The position numbers were made by a program, and so were the translations under genes. The notes beneath the pieces are model-generated. The model was not told where the DNA came from, did no database searches, and saw only the letters and a list, made by a program, of their open reading frames with translations. A DNA stretch of 51,756 bases, taken from IMG/VR virus record IMGVR_UViG_3300024254_000011, positions 1 through 51,756 of that record. One strand, 5' to 3'. The stretch comes from a virus (Duplodnaviria; Caudoviricetes). Positions 25,716-35,477 of the stretch are shown in pieces; position 1 is the stretch's first letter, and the number at the start of each line of letters is the position of its first letter.

Positions 25716-26109
25716 GTTTCTTCCTTATCTGGAAAGGTATAAGCTTCCCATCTGGTTCGCCAAAGGTAGCGCCGAGCCATTTCAGCCAACGTACGCTGCT
25801 CGTAGCGCCTATTACGCAATGGCCAGTGATTACTTTATAAACCTCTAGAAGCTTCTGTATCTCAACCTGTGAATGACGGATAAGAGTGAATGGATGGCTC
25901 TTGATAAGATCGGTGGTGTAGAGCCAGAGATACGCCGTTTCTGAGAGAAGGGACGGAGCCGCTACTCCCCAAAGACACGCTACCTCTCCATCAACGTAAC
26001 CGGTCCAAACGTCGGCGCTCATTGCAATGCAGTTCCGCATAATCTCGGACTCTTTTACGGTGAGTTTAACATGGTCAATGTCGCAGATGCCGACGATGGA
26101 GGTCTTCAT
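25708..26109 (-). CDS. T7 gp13-like GNAT-fold protein
   Basis: DGEVACLWGV...AYLWLY...SVRWLKWLGATF; start moved to the ATGA overlap at 26109. Confidence 0.75.
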   Translation of the reverse strand: MKTSIVGICDIDHVKLTVKESEIMRNCIAMSADVWTGYVDGEVACLWGVAAPSLLSETAYLWLYTTDLIKSHPFTLIRHSQVEIQKLLEVYKVITGHCVIGATSSVRWLKWLGATFGEPDGKLIPFQIRKKHG

Positions 26110-28910
26110 TTGGTATCTCCGATTTCTATTTCTGGTATCACTCCTAAGATGGTTGCAGGGAGAGGGTTGGATTGCTGAATGCAGTATTGACCTGGGACTG
26201 TCCAAGAGGGATCGATTATGGTGCGTGCATCTCCTGTGACTAGGTCAGTAACAACGGCGTTGGATGCGCTGCCTACGTTGCCTAGAACGGTATCCTTCAT
26301 TGGGACGAGCTTATCGAAGGTCCCGCCGATCTGAAGGTTAAGAGCGTCCTGAACCCTGACAGTAACGCCATTGATGCCCTTTCTCTTTCCAGCGATAGTT
26401 GGTTCGCCGATATCTAAAGGAAGGGTCTGAAGCTTGCAGGTGAAGGCAAGGCCAATGGTGACGACAGAGGCAGGGGTCGATAGGGTAAAGCTGCCGCTAG
26501 TTGGCATAACAAACGGAGGGATAACAACGCCATCAGCTAGACCGGTGACGGTTGCGCCGCCTAGATGCTCTGCGCCTGAGATAGTGGTGGCTGGTGGACC
26601 GTCGTAGCGCAATCCTGAGTCAACGCAGAAGACCTCTGAAAGAGAGGGCCAGACCCTTGAATGTAGCCTTTCAATATACTTAACGGTATTGCCATTGATG
26701 ACTCTCTCAACGACGAAGTAAACAGCGTCAGCGACGCCTTCGCTGTTCAACAGTTCCACCGGCTCTGTCACCACAGCCACTGACTTAAACAGCCCTTGCG
26801 TTACGCTATGCGACCAGCCGATGAGCTCTTGTTCTTTAAGGAAGGTCAGCGACAGCGCCACCCCATCATCACGGATAGCCCAGACTACCTTAAAAGGCTC
26901 TTCTGCCCATGCCCATTCTAGGATTTGGTAACCGTAGAAGAGATGGCTAGAGAGAACGGAGATATCCGTACCGGTGTAGATTTGCGTATAGAAATTGAAG
27001 GTGAGATCGCGAACGACGGAGTTCTTGTTTTGGACGAAGAGAACGTCGAAGTTTGCGATGATTGGGGGTACATCATTAGCTCCATTGTAAGAGTGAGCGT
27101 TAGCGACGATATCGATTGGAGTGACAGCTGCCCCCTGGCCTCCAGCGGAGACTAGCCAATTGGCTTTGTTAGAGAGAAGAATGAGTCCTGTCGGAACAGA
27201 AACCATCGATTTGATTTCATTCAACTGTCCAGAGACGATGGAGGCTTCGATAGCGTCATCGGCTTGGATTGGGCTGCTGATATTAAAGTTGTAATACTCT
27301 CCCGGTTGGCTCATGTTGAAGGTTTGAACAGCTTCTGGCCTTGCGGCTAAGACTAGGCGCTGTTGATGGAGGCCGGGGACTGCTGGATTACCGGCGCTAG
27401 TTTCATCAAGGATAGCGGTAGCAGCAGCGGCACCAGCATCGAACGTAACGTTAGGAACTGATGTATAGCCAGCGCCGTGGTTATCTAGACCAACGGAAGT
27501 AACACCCCAAGTTAGATTAGCTGAAATACCCCCTATAGGATTAGTAAGGGTAACAGGATTACCCGGCGCACTTCCCGGGAAGTTAATACCACCAGCGCTA
27601 GTGATAGCTGCGGTTAGGACATGTCCAGAGCCGTCAACAGAAGTTGCGGTTAGAACAACGCCATTAAGAGTGGTGAAGACGCTACCTACGCTAAATCCAA
27701 TACCGCTAGATACAATAGCGAAGGAAATAACACCAATAACAGCATGACCAGTAGCGTCAGCGCCACCGGTAGGGGCAGGGTCTATTACCACTCCCGGAAC
27801 AGTGGTATAGGTACCAGCGTTTGTAACGTCAATACTAGCAACGCCAGCACCTTGGAATGGGTTCTTTGCAATAGGAACTCCGACGGAGAAGTCAGCGGCG
27901 TTGTTAGGGACGTTGCTGGTGAAGGTGTCGTCAGCGCCTGTGCCTGTGACGTTCATTAAGTACCCAAGGGAGCTACCAGCAGGTGGGGTGGCGCTGATTG
28001 ACTCTGGAGAGCGATAGACGTTGTATGAAACAGCGCCAGTTACGGCTGTCCATGTTAGGTGGATGGTAGCAACTTGTCCTGAGGTAGTGTTTATTGTTTG
28101 GGTTGCTGTGCTAGAAGAGACGGACTCCTGTCCATTAACATCAACAGCGGTAACAGCATAGAGGAAGTTACCATTCCCGGCGTTACTTGTAGTAGCAACG
28201 AGATTTGTTGGTGTACCGACGGTGGTGCCGAAGGGAATAGGTTGAAGTGTCCAATTATTCGCTGCGATAAGGGTCAACACTAGCGGTGGGTATTTAGGAT
28301 GGGTGAGGAACATTCTATCAACTAACTGAGTGTATTTGACCAGCGCCAAGTCCCCGTCGTCGTAAGGGCTTCCGAATAGATAGATAGGAGCCACAAAACC
28401 ACCTGAGACGTAAGTCCCAGTGAATGTTACTGGATTGCCGAATAGGTCTGTGACAGTGAAGTTAGCAGCAGTGGCGCTAGCAACGATAAAGTACTTGTCG
28501 TTGATGTTAGTGATCCCGGTAACCTCTGAGATAAGAACCCATTCACCTACCTCAAGGTTGTTGACAGCGGTAACTGTAGTACCAGCGACATTGGTGATAG
28601 TAAGCAGGTCTGAGAAGACCGGACCACCGTTAAAAAGTGGACGGATATATCCAGAGCCAAACTCTAGAACGTAGCCAACGGAATTAGAGGCTTGGAAGGG
28701 GATTAGCCTAATGGCGAAGTCATCATTACCACGAAAGGCTTGAATAACGTATTCCGTCCCTGGCCTTGAGCTAGCGCCGCCACGGTAGTCAACGTAGAAG
28801 TTCTCCATTAGTGCAGCGCCAGCCTTATACTTGGCAAGATCGACCCGAGCATAGAGGGCAGGTGCCCATTCGCCTGCGTGGAAGGAATGTTGTATGACTG
28901 ATTGTACCAT
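26106..28910 (-). CDS. Tail tubular/nozzle protein B (T7 gp12-like) with inserted FN3/Ig-like domains
   Basis: QHSFHAGEWAPALYARVDLAKY...GGASSRPGT N-terminus, QQRL, GWSH, YIERL motifs. Confidence 0.88.
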   Translation of the reverse strand: MVQSVIQHSFHAGEWAPALYARVDLAKYKAGAALMENFYVDYRGGASSRPGTEYVIQAFRGNDDFAIRLIPFQASNSVGYVLEFGSGYIRPLFNGGPVFSDLLTITNVAGTTVTAVNNLEVGEWVLISEVTGITNINDKYFIVASATAANFTVTDLFGNPVTFTGTYVSGGFVAPIYLFGSPYDDGDLALVKYTQLVDRMFLTHPKYPPLVLTLIAANNWTLQPIPFGTTVGTPTNLVATTSNAGNGNFLYAVTAVDVNGQESVSSSTATQTINTTSGQVATIHLTWTAVTGAVSYNVYRSPESISATPPAGSSLGYLMNVTGTGADDTFTSNVPNNAADFSVGVPIAKNPFQGAGVASIDVTNAGTYTTVPGVVIDPAPTGGADATGHAVIGVISFAIVSSGIGFSVGSVFTTLNGVVLTATSVDGSGHVLTAAITSAGGINFPGSAPGNPVTLTNPIGGISANLTWGVTSVGLDNHGAGYTSVPNVTFDAGAAAATAILDETSAGNPAVPGLHQQRLVLAARPEAVQTFNMSQPGEYYNFNISSPIQADDAIEASIVSGQLNEIKSMVSVPTGLILLSNKANWLVSAGGQGAAVTPIDIVANAHSYNGANDVPPIIANFDVLFVQNKNSVVRDLTFNFYTQIYTGTDISVLSSHLFYGYQILEWAWAEEPFKVVWAIRDDGVALSLTFLKEQELIGWSHSVTQGLFKSVAVVTEPVELLNSEGVADAVYFVVERVINGNTVKYIERLHSRVWPSLSEVFCVDSGLRYDGPPATTISGAEHLGGATVTGLADGVVIPPFVMPTSGSFTLSTPASVVTIGLAFTCKLQTLPLDIGEPTIAGKRKGINGVTVRVQDALNLQIGGTFDKLVPMKDTVLGNVGSASNAVVTDLVTGDARTIIDPSWTVPGQYCIQQSNPLPATILGVIPEIEIGDTK

Positions 28911-31456
28911 TATCTCCAGCCTACTGGTCCGGGTTCACGTACACGATCGAGCATCTGCCATTCATTACCAGCGTTCCATGCGATCCTCTTATCCTCTGGC
29001 GGCGTTGGCGTTGGCGGCGGTGGGATTGGGTTGGTGAATGGGTAGTAGATGTTGCTGCCTTGGAAGGCGAAGGAGTAGCGTTGTTCAAACCCAGGTGTCC
29101 ATGTTCGTGGCAGCGGCCATTGATATTGATTGAACGGAATAGGCGGCGTTGGCCGGAAGCGGTTGGGGTTGGTTGCGAGTATCCAATCGCTGAGCCGCCT
29201 AGGATCACGTGGAAGTGGCCAGTCTTGCTGCCGGAATGGGAGCTTGTCCTTGCCAATGAGATTGCGATTGTAGAAGGAGGTGAAGACTTGGATCGGCTGT
29301 CTTGGACCGGGGTTGACGGGCCAGTCGTATTGGTTGAAGGGACGTTGGATCGGCGCTACCGTCAGCGCAAGATTGAGTGCCTGTATCCAAGTCCGTAGTT
29401 GAATAGAAGACAACGCCGGTTGTGGTGGGATATCAGTAACTACCTCACCAACAGGGAGTTGATCCTTACCGATTAGGTTGAGGTTGTAGGAAGCGGTAAA
29501 GGTCTGGATCGGCTGCTGGTACCCACGTGGGATAGGCCAGTCTAGCTGTCTACCCGGACGCTGGAGGTAAGACTTGGCCCTGTCGATCCATGAGACAAGA
29601 TCGAGCGACCGCGGATTTGGCGTTGGCAGTGGCCAATCTTGTTGACGGAACGGAAGGCGGTCTTGTCCGACAAGGTTCCGGTTGTAAGAGGCGGTGAAGA
29701 TGGATATTGGTTGCTGTGGGCCGGGGTTGATTGGCCAAGAGTATTGATTGAAGGGTAAGATGGCTGGCGTTGTTACCAGCGCAAGATTGACTGAGTTGAT
29801 CCAAGTCCGCAGCTGGATGGCGGACAGCGCAGGCTGTGGGGGAAGATCAGAGACGATCTCTCCAGTTGGGAGTTGGTCCTTACCAATAAGGTTGAGGTTG
29901 TAATTCCAAGTCCAAGACCTTGGAAGTTCAACCAAGGCAAGAGTTGGACGATCGTAGAATGGCTTCCCGTACGGGATTGGTTGAAGAGTGCTTTGCTGAA
30001 GGTTGAGAACCCAAGCACGGAGGAAGGTAGCGTATTCGTAGCCCCTTGGTGGAAGGTCGGTGATGACTTCGCCGGTTGGGAGTTTGTCTTGGCCAATGAG
30101 GTTCGGGTTGTAGGTAACGGTAAGGATTGGCGTTGCTGGCTGCGGCGCAAAGCTCAGCGGCCAGATATACTGGTTGAAGGGTAGTACCGCAGGGGTTGTG
30201 TTCAGCGCAAGGTTAAGAGATTGTATCCATGTTCGAAGCTGGATTGCTGACTGCGCTGGCTGCGGCGGAAGGTCAATAATGTCCATTCCGACAGGAAGCT
30301 TATCCTGACCGATTAGGTTGTAGTTGTAAGTCTCAGTGATCGTCCTGAGGTCGATAGGATAGGGATACCCTATTGGTGGAAGGTCCCCACCGAACTTGCC
30401 TGTTGGTAGCCTGTCCTTACCTATTAGATTAAGGTTATAGTTCCAGCGCCAATCGCGGAGTTGAATGTGGTAGTCGTAGGGCTTGACGGTAAGCTCTGTC
30501 CTAATCTCACCGACTGGTAACTGATCCTGGCCTATAAGCTCTAGGATATACTTCCACGACCACTGACGAAGCTGGATAGAGAATTCATAGCCCTTGGGTA
30601 CTTCGTTGGTAGTGTCGCCTACTGGAAGCTTGTCCTGCCCTACGAGATTTGGGTTGTAGGAGGCGGTGATTGTTCGTAGATCAAACTGCCGAGGCGGGGT
30701 AGGTAGTGGCCAATCGTCTTGAGAGAATGGATTGGCTACAACGGCAACTGGAGGGTTGGTGCCAATCCACGTCCGAAGCTGGATATGATGGTCGTAACCA
30801 CGGATAGGGATATATAGTGGTGTGCGTGGTTCGATGATATCAGGACTAAACGGCGCTGCCGGTACGGTATAGTTGCCGGTATAGGCGGCAAAGCCTTTAA
30901 TAATCCTTGTCTCATACATTCTTCCGTTGAAGAAGATGGTAGTGTCGTTACCGATCCTTGGGTAGCCAGCGAGTGCTGTGTAGTTGTTGGTATCGACGTA
31001 TGATCCAAGGGTCTTGCCGTTAGCGAATAGCTGTGTAAGGCCGTTTCTGCGTGCAGCGGCAATGTGATAAATGGCGTTGGCTGGTATTTCAAGGTTTGAA
31101 GATATCCGATCAGCACCAGCGGCGAAGAAGTTTAAGGTCCCGCCAGATATGTGGTAAATCTCGATATTCCCGGAAGCAAAGCCAAAATCAATAATCGAAC
31201 CGTCAGCGCCAAGTGGAGTACGGACGAAAGTCTCAATGGTGAAGTCGCCGGTACCAAAGGCGAAGTCGCTTGATCCATCAAGGGTTAGGGAAGTAGGAGC
31301 GGTGCCGTCGAATAATCCGCTGCCCTCACCACCCCATGGAAACGAAGTGCTGATCTGAGCAGTGCCGTTAGCGGTGACGGTATGACGACCGGTTGCGTCG
31401 GTGAAGGTTGTCGAACCGTTAGCGCCAAGGTAGTGTAAGAGAAGGACAGTTGCCAT
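28910..31456 (-). CDS. LamG-domain protein followed by ~630 aa of Pro/Trp-rich tandem repeats
   Basis: LLLH...GDFTIETF...YHIAAAR...FNGRMYETRIIKG (LamG/ConA); 9 copies of YNxNL(I/V)GxDxLP. Confidence 0.85.
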   Translation of the reverse strand: MATVLLLHYLGANGSTTFTDATGRHTVTANGTAQISTSFPWGGEGSGLFDGTAPTSLTLDGSSDFAFGTGDFTIETFVRTPLGADGSIIDFGFASGNIEIYHISGGTLNFFAAGADRISSNLEIPANAIYHIAAARRNGLTQLFANGKTLGSYVDTNNYTALAGYPRIGNDTTIFFNGRMYETRIIKGFAAYTGNYTVPAAPFSPDIIEPRTPLYIPIRGYDHHIQLRTWIGTNPPVAVVANPFSQDDWPLPTPPRQFDLRTITASYNPNLVGQDKLPVGDTTNEVPKGYEFSIQLRQWSWKYILELIGQDQLPVGEIRTELTVKPYDYHIQLRDWRWNYNLNLIGKDRLPTGKFGGDLPPIGYPYPIDLRTITETYNYNLIGQDKLPVGMDIIDLPPQPAQSAIQLRTWIQSLNLALNTTPAVLPFNQYIWPLSFAPQPATPILTVTYNPNLIGQDKLPTGEVITDLPPRGYEYATFLRAWVLNLQQSTLQPIPYGKPFYDRPTLALVELPRSWTWNYNLNLIGKDQLPTGEIVSDLPPQPALSAIQLRTWINSVNLALVTTPAILPFNQYSWPINPGPQQPISIFTASYNRNLVGQDRLPFRQQDWPLPTPNPRSLDLVSWIDRAKSYLQRPGRQLDWPIPRGYQQPIQTFTASYNLNLIGKDQLPVGEVVTDIPPQPALSSIQLRTWIQALNLALTVAPIQRPFNQYDWPVNPGPRQPIQVFTSFYNRNLIGKDKLPFRQQDWPLPRDPRRLSDWILATNPNRFRPTPPIPFNQYQWPLPRTWTPGFEQRYSFAFQGSNIYYPFTNPIPPPPTPTPPEDKRIAWNAGNEWQMLDRVREPGPVGWR

Positions 31457-31833
31457 CAGAGTAACGCCTGTCCCATGAGGAATGTTAACGCTGGTGGCGG
31501 CGGTGCGTTCAGCGGCAAGCTGCTGCTAGCTGTAAAGATAGGTAATGGAACGGCGATCGGTAGCTGTGGGCGATCTAAGAACTGAGCGCCTACAGTTATC
31601 TTGTCCTTGTTGATAAGGTTTAGGTTATAGCTATAAGTCCAAGTTCTAGTCGCTGGCTCTGGATAACCCCTAGGTGGAAGATCAAGGACCCGCACCACAA
31701 TAGGCTTAGGGGGGATTAGATATCCTTGGAAGCCCCAAGTCCAAGTCTGTCCGGGAGCCGGATACTTCCACGGAGGGGTGAAGTGCGGCTCACGGAGTTG
31801 GATATCTATAGATAGGCTTAGTAGTAGTGCCAC
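31456..31833 (-). CDS. Short paralog of the repeat region of the 28910-31456 protein
   Basis: DLPPRGY...RTWTYSYNLNLINKDKITVG. Confidence 0.7.
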   Translation of the reverse strand: MALLLSLSIDIQLREPHFTPPWKYPAPGQTWTWGFQGYLIPPKPIVVRVLDLPPRGYPEPATRTWTYSYNLNLINKDKITVGAQFLDRPQLPIAVPLPIFTASSSLPLNAPPPPALTFLMGQALL

Positions 31834-32511
31834 TTACCAGCCTGTTACGCCTGTTGGATCGATTTCTGCCCATTCGACTTGGACTGAGAGGGACCAAGTG
31901 CCTGTGGCAGGAACGGCTACGATTTCGATGATGAAGCCTTCATTCTGAGCAAAGACAAAGGGATATTCGTCAGGGGTATTGCGTTGCCACATGTAAGTGG
32001 GATTGATAACGTAGGTGTTGCCTGTCGCTGCCCCTGCGCAGCCTAAGACCATAGCGCAGCGGTTGGTGTCGAGGGTTTTTGTTCCTGCGCCAAGAGCGGC
32101 TGTGGTTGCTATTCTAACACCGGTATCTGAGAAGAGGGATAGAGGAAAGCTCGTTCGCTTCTTGTTAGTATTGGCGGTGGAGAAGACGATAGCTGTTCCG
32201 CCTGTTCCGTCAGCGCTCCAGCTTCTTGCTACACGCATACCGAGTTGGACAGGTACACCAGCAGCGAAGGCGGTGGTTGATACTACTCCGGAGACTAGAA
32301 CAGAGCGGAGAAGCATAAGCCTAGTGGCATCAATCCAGCGCATTTGGAAGACTTCGCCGGTTGTTGTCGCTGCTATAATACCCGTCATCTGCCCAAGAGC
32401 ATAAGCACCACGAGTGCCTAGCTCCATTGGTCGATTTGCTACTCTTACTGAGCGATGCGTTGACTCGACCTCGTCAACAACGCCAGCGTTACCTTGATGT
32501 TGAATTGCCAT
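31834..32511 (-). CDS. Beta-rich putative virion protein
   Basis: Thr/Ala/Gly-rich, ends VQVEWAE; in the late operon. Confidence 0.75.
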   Translation of the reverse strand: MAIQHQGNAGVVDEVESTHRSVRVANRPMELGTRGAYALGQMTGIIAATTTGEVFQMRWIDATRLMLLRSVLVSGVVSTTAFAAGVPVQLGMRVARSWSADGTGGTAIVFSTANTNKKRTSFPLSLFSDTGVRIATTAALGAGTKTLDTNRCAMVLGCAGAATGNTYVINPTYMWQRNTPDEYPFVFAQNEGFIIEIVAVPATGTWSLSVQVEWAEIDPTGVTGW

Positions 32512-32520
32512 TTATCTCTC

Positions 32521-32880
32521 CTAGTTCCAGACCCAGGCTACATTCCATATGCCGTAAGGCATAGGTGCAGTGCGGCCATGTCCCTGATATGTGGGCTCTT
32601 GCCCCTGTGTACCGAGAGGGCCAGCATCGGGCACCGGTATGCCATCCCTTGCCGTAGCGTAGATAGTGAACCCAGTACCCGCAACGATGCTACCGGCTGT
32701 GATCATTGGTGGGTCTACTACGTGTTCATCCGATGAATGATCCGCCGTTGCAGCTGGAAGGAGCCAAGCTTCTACTAGCGATCCAGCGGTTATAGCCCCC
32801 TGCCCTGTTACTGCTACGGAAGCTTGGCTAGCTCCTGGGAAGGCACCGAAGGTTATGGTTGTTGATCCCTGTGCGCCCAT
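32521..32880 (-). CDS. Beta-rich putative virion protein
   Basis: GTGFTIYA...GIWNVAWVWN, resembling a fibre tip. Confidence 0.7.
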   Translation of the reverse strand: MGAQGSTTITFGAFPGASQASVAVTGQGAITAGSLVEAWLLPAATADHSSDEHVVDPPMITAGSIVAGTGFTIYATARDGIPVPDAGPLGTQGQEPTYQGHGRTAPMPYGIWNVAWVWN

Positions 32881-32881
32881 G

Positions 32882-33613
32882 TTACATCCATATTTGTCCC
32901 ATAAGTGGTTTAGGTACTATCGGCTTCCTCATGACCCATTTTGGCAGCACGTATTGCTGGATCGGGCTGAGTAAGGGTGGACCAGTGACAAAGCTGGTGC
33001 CGGTTAACACTCCTGGGAGGTCACCGAGGAAGTTGTTAGCAGGGGCAACATAACCGTCTAGTGGCCAATAGCCCTTTAGCCCTCCCCGTCTAATCATATA
33101 AGGGCGTACGCCAGAGGCGAGGGCTTTGATTTCGATTGGGGAGAGTATATCCTGCCAAATAGCAACGTCAGCGATTTTACCGGGGAAGAAGCGATCGGCT
33201 GAGGAACGGCCGCCTATTGTTACAGGGAAGTTTGAGGAGTTGGTGTTTGTTCCAGCGCCTGTGGCTTGTTGAATTCCGTTGGCGTAGAGAAACATTGTTG
33301 TGGTGTCGTTTATGCCAGCTAAGTGGTACCAAGTCCCGTTTACAACGCTTCCACCGAATGTCCATGAAGCGGCAGCGCCACCGACGCCGAAGGTGATTTG
33401 GCTAGAGTTAAATCGGACGTAGTATTGTTCGGTACCACCAGAGGCCTTCGACATCATATAAGCCAAAGCCGCTGTCACATCAGTAGGGTTCGTCCACAGC
33501 GACCAGCTGAAGAATGGACGAGGCATCGTTCCGGAGTTCTGAAAGTTCAACTGCCCACTAGCCGAGTTTGGGATAGTGACTAGGTCGCTAGTGCCATTAA
33601 AGCTCAATGCCAT
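32882..33613 (-). CDS. LamG/ConA-like lectin domain protein
   Basis: ALSFNGTSD...WYHLAG...FLYANG...FPGKIADVAIW...LKGYWPLD. Confidence 0.85.
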   Translation of the reverse strand: MALSFNGTSDLVTIPNSASGQLNFQNSGTMPRPFFSWSLWTNPTDVTAALAYMMSKASGGTEQYYVRFNSSQITFGVGGAAASWTFGGSVVNGTWYHLAGINDTTTMFLYANGIQQATGAGTNTNSSNFPVTIGGRSSADRFFPGKIADVAIWQDILSPIEIKALASGVRPYMIRRGGLKGYWPLDGYVAPANNFLGDLPGVLTGTSFVTGPPLLSPIQQYVLPKWVMRKPIVPKPLMGQIWM

Positions 33614-33614
33614 T

Positions 33615-34067
33615 TTAAGCGTTCAGGTTGTAGCTATAGGGTAAGACTTTGACGGTGTTGCCAGAGGCTCCGAGCGCAACGCCAGCTTGGTTATCGAGCT
33701 TGAACTGTATCTTTGCTGGCGGTAGGAGAATGTTCCTTGCCACTACTCTTTGCGCTGTAGCAGCGGTGGTGCCGATTGGAATTGCTACTAATAGCTGAGA
33801 AGAGGTTAGCCGAAGGTCAGCGTCTGACTGCGCTGGAAAGTTTGAGCCGTCAACAGCTTCCCAAACGTAGATCGCTACAAAGGCTCCAGCGGCTGGAGAT
33901 AGAGAGGCTAAGACCACTTCGATATCAACGTATAGATCGAGGTTGGCAGAGTTGTCGTAGGTTGACGACGCTGCTGACATGGTGTTGTTAGCAAGCGAAT
34001 TCAGGCCTGTGGAGAGGACTGTAGTGAGGCCAGTGCCACTTAAAATCCATTCGCCTATATTAGCCAT
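33615..34067 (-). CDS. Beta-sandwich putative virion protein
   Basis: 150 aa with alternating hydrophobic strands. Confidence 0.75.
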   Translation of the reverse strand: MANIGEWILSGTGLTTVLSTGLNSLANNTMSAASSTYDNSANLDLYVDIEVVLASLSPAAGAFVAIYVWEAVDGSNFPAQSDADLRLTSSQLLVAIPIGTTAATAQRVVARNILLPPAKIQFKLDNQAGVALGASGNTVKVLPYSYNLNA

Positions 34068-34413
34068 TGTTCAACACCGACCATGTTGTCCCATCCCAGG
34101 TGGACCCGAAACGCTGCCAAGGATTTGAGTTGTTGATTTGTGCTTGGAAAGAGGTCCAGATGGTTTCTAGAAAGGCCTCGATCTGAGGGAGAGTTGAGCT
34201 AGCTGGTACCCGCTGTGTTCCAACTAACTCTGTCACTGAACCGTTTACAATAGCGGCATTATCAGCGGGCAAGGCACCAGACCACGCAGATACTGTACCA
34301 GCGGGCATAGCGTAGAAGCTCTGTCTTGCCGCTGGAACGTCAGCCCATAGAACGTAACGGAACGTGTTGCTGTCGCTGTCACGCTCAAGGATAATTACCC
34401 TCAATCTAGGCAT
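34060..34413 (-). CDS. Hypothetical late protein
   Basis: AAGGA RBS; ends WDGTTWS. Confidence 0.7.
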   Translation of the reverse strand: MPRLRVIILERDSDSNTFRYVLWADVPAARQSFYAMPAGTVSAWSGALPADNAAIVNGSVTELVGTQRVPASSTLPQIEAFLETIWTSFQAQINNSNPWQRFGSTWDGTTWSVLNNG

Positions 34414-34473
34414 AGCTTATTCCTTCCCTCTGAGAGGGCGGCCCAGTGGACAGCATTGAACCGCCACTCAGGG

Positions 34474-34998
34474 TTAGTAGGTCTCGTAGATGATATGCGC
34501 GTCGCCGAGGCCGGTAGAGCCGCCAGCGGTGGAGTTGTTGAAGAGTAGGGTTTCACCGCCTGGGGCAGTGTTGCCTACCATCGTCCACTGCTGCGTTGGC
34601 GCTGCGTTCCAGCGGACTATGCCACCGAACAGGTTCAGGCCAAGGTTGAGCTTGGCGTCTGTCACTGTGTTGGAGGGTGTCGGGCCGGTAGCGGCAGCGA
34701 CGAAGACAACGACAGGCGCTGCCAAGGCGGCGGTAGCGAAGTGCGCTGGACCGTCTGAGTGTGGGGCAGCAAGAGCCGTTGGAGTGGTTTCGAGGGTACT
34801 TGCACGACAGAGTTCGATAGCGGCCACTATTGACGCTGTAGCTTTGCCGGAGAAGAGGACTTCAAGGATATCAGTGATCTGAGTAGCTGCTGCCCCTTTA
34901 AGCCCCATCCAGCTAGGCGTACCGGGGGTACCGATCGCTGAGCCAGCTGCGTTAGCGGTGTAGGTCACTGCCGCAGAGGTAAATATTCTCTTAGCCAT
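34474..34998 (-). CDS. Beta-rich putative virion protein
   Basis: Ala/Thr/Gly-rich; ends HIIYETY. Confidence 0.75.
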   Translation of the reverse strand: MAKRIFTSAAVTYTANAAGSAIGTPGTPSWMGLKGAAATQITDILEVLFSGKATASIVAAIELCRASTLETTPTALAAPHSDGPAHFATAALAAPVVVFVAAATGPTPSNTVTDAKLNLGLNLFGGIVRWNAAPTQQWTMVGNTAPGGETLLFNNSTAGGSTGLGDAHIIYETY

Positions 34999-35376
34999 CT
35001 ATTTGTCTCCTGTTGGACGTAAGACAGGCTGCGCTGTAGAGCCACCAATCATCTCGAACTTTCCGCTACCAACGAGGTCTTTGAGCTCTTTGATGGTGGA
35101 ATGAACGTAGTCTGGTTGGCTCATTAGGATAGCGCACCCATCACAAATGTACGCATCGCACTTGAAGCAATGCGCACGTTCACGAGTCCGTAAGGGGTTC
35201 AGGACAACGCAAGAACCGCAATGCGGACAGCCTAGAGTGGCGGCTTCGAAGACAGCCCCCTCCCTAACTTGCTGCGGAGCATAGCCAAGCTTAGGCGCTA
35301 GCTCCGCTGGAATACCTGGCGATGCTCGAAGGTCTAGAACGAGCTCACCGTCGTTCGATTTCTTCTGAAACGGCAT
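34999..35376 (-). CDS. Zinc-finger protein
   Basis: CPHC...CFKCDAYICDGC. Confidence 0.75.
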   Translation of the reverse strand: MPFQKKSNDGELVLDLRASPGIPAELAPKLGYAPQQVREGAVFEAATLGCPHCGSCVVLNPLRTRERAHCFKCDAYICDGCAILMSQPDYVHSTIKELKDLVGSGKFEMIGGSTAQPVLRPTGDK

Positions 35377-35467
35377 GCGCTTCCTCGGCCTTTAGTTTCT
35401 CACGAGCTTCGATGAGCTTGTCGATCTGCTTCTGGATTTCAGCGAGTTTAGCTTCTTTGTCAGCCAT
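35345..35467 (-). CDS. 40-aa coiled-coil peptide (not in the ORF track)
   Basis: GGAGAAGG RBS; MADKEAKLAEIQKQIDKLIEAREKLK. Confidence 0.55.
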   Translation of the reverse strand: MADKEAKLAEIQKQIDKLIEAREKLKAEEAHAVSEEIERR

Positions 35468-35477
35468 TTCCTTCTCC

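Noticed and set aside
31833-34999. Stop-codon reassignment or readthrough suggested by in-frame abutting genes (31834/31833, 34999/34998, also 10994/10995)
   Set aside because: All three stop codons end well-recognised genes, coding density is high in the standard code, and no suppressor tRNA is seen.
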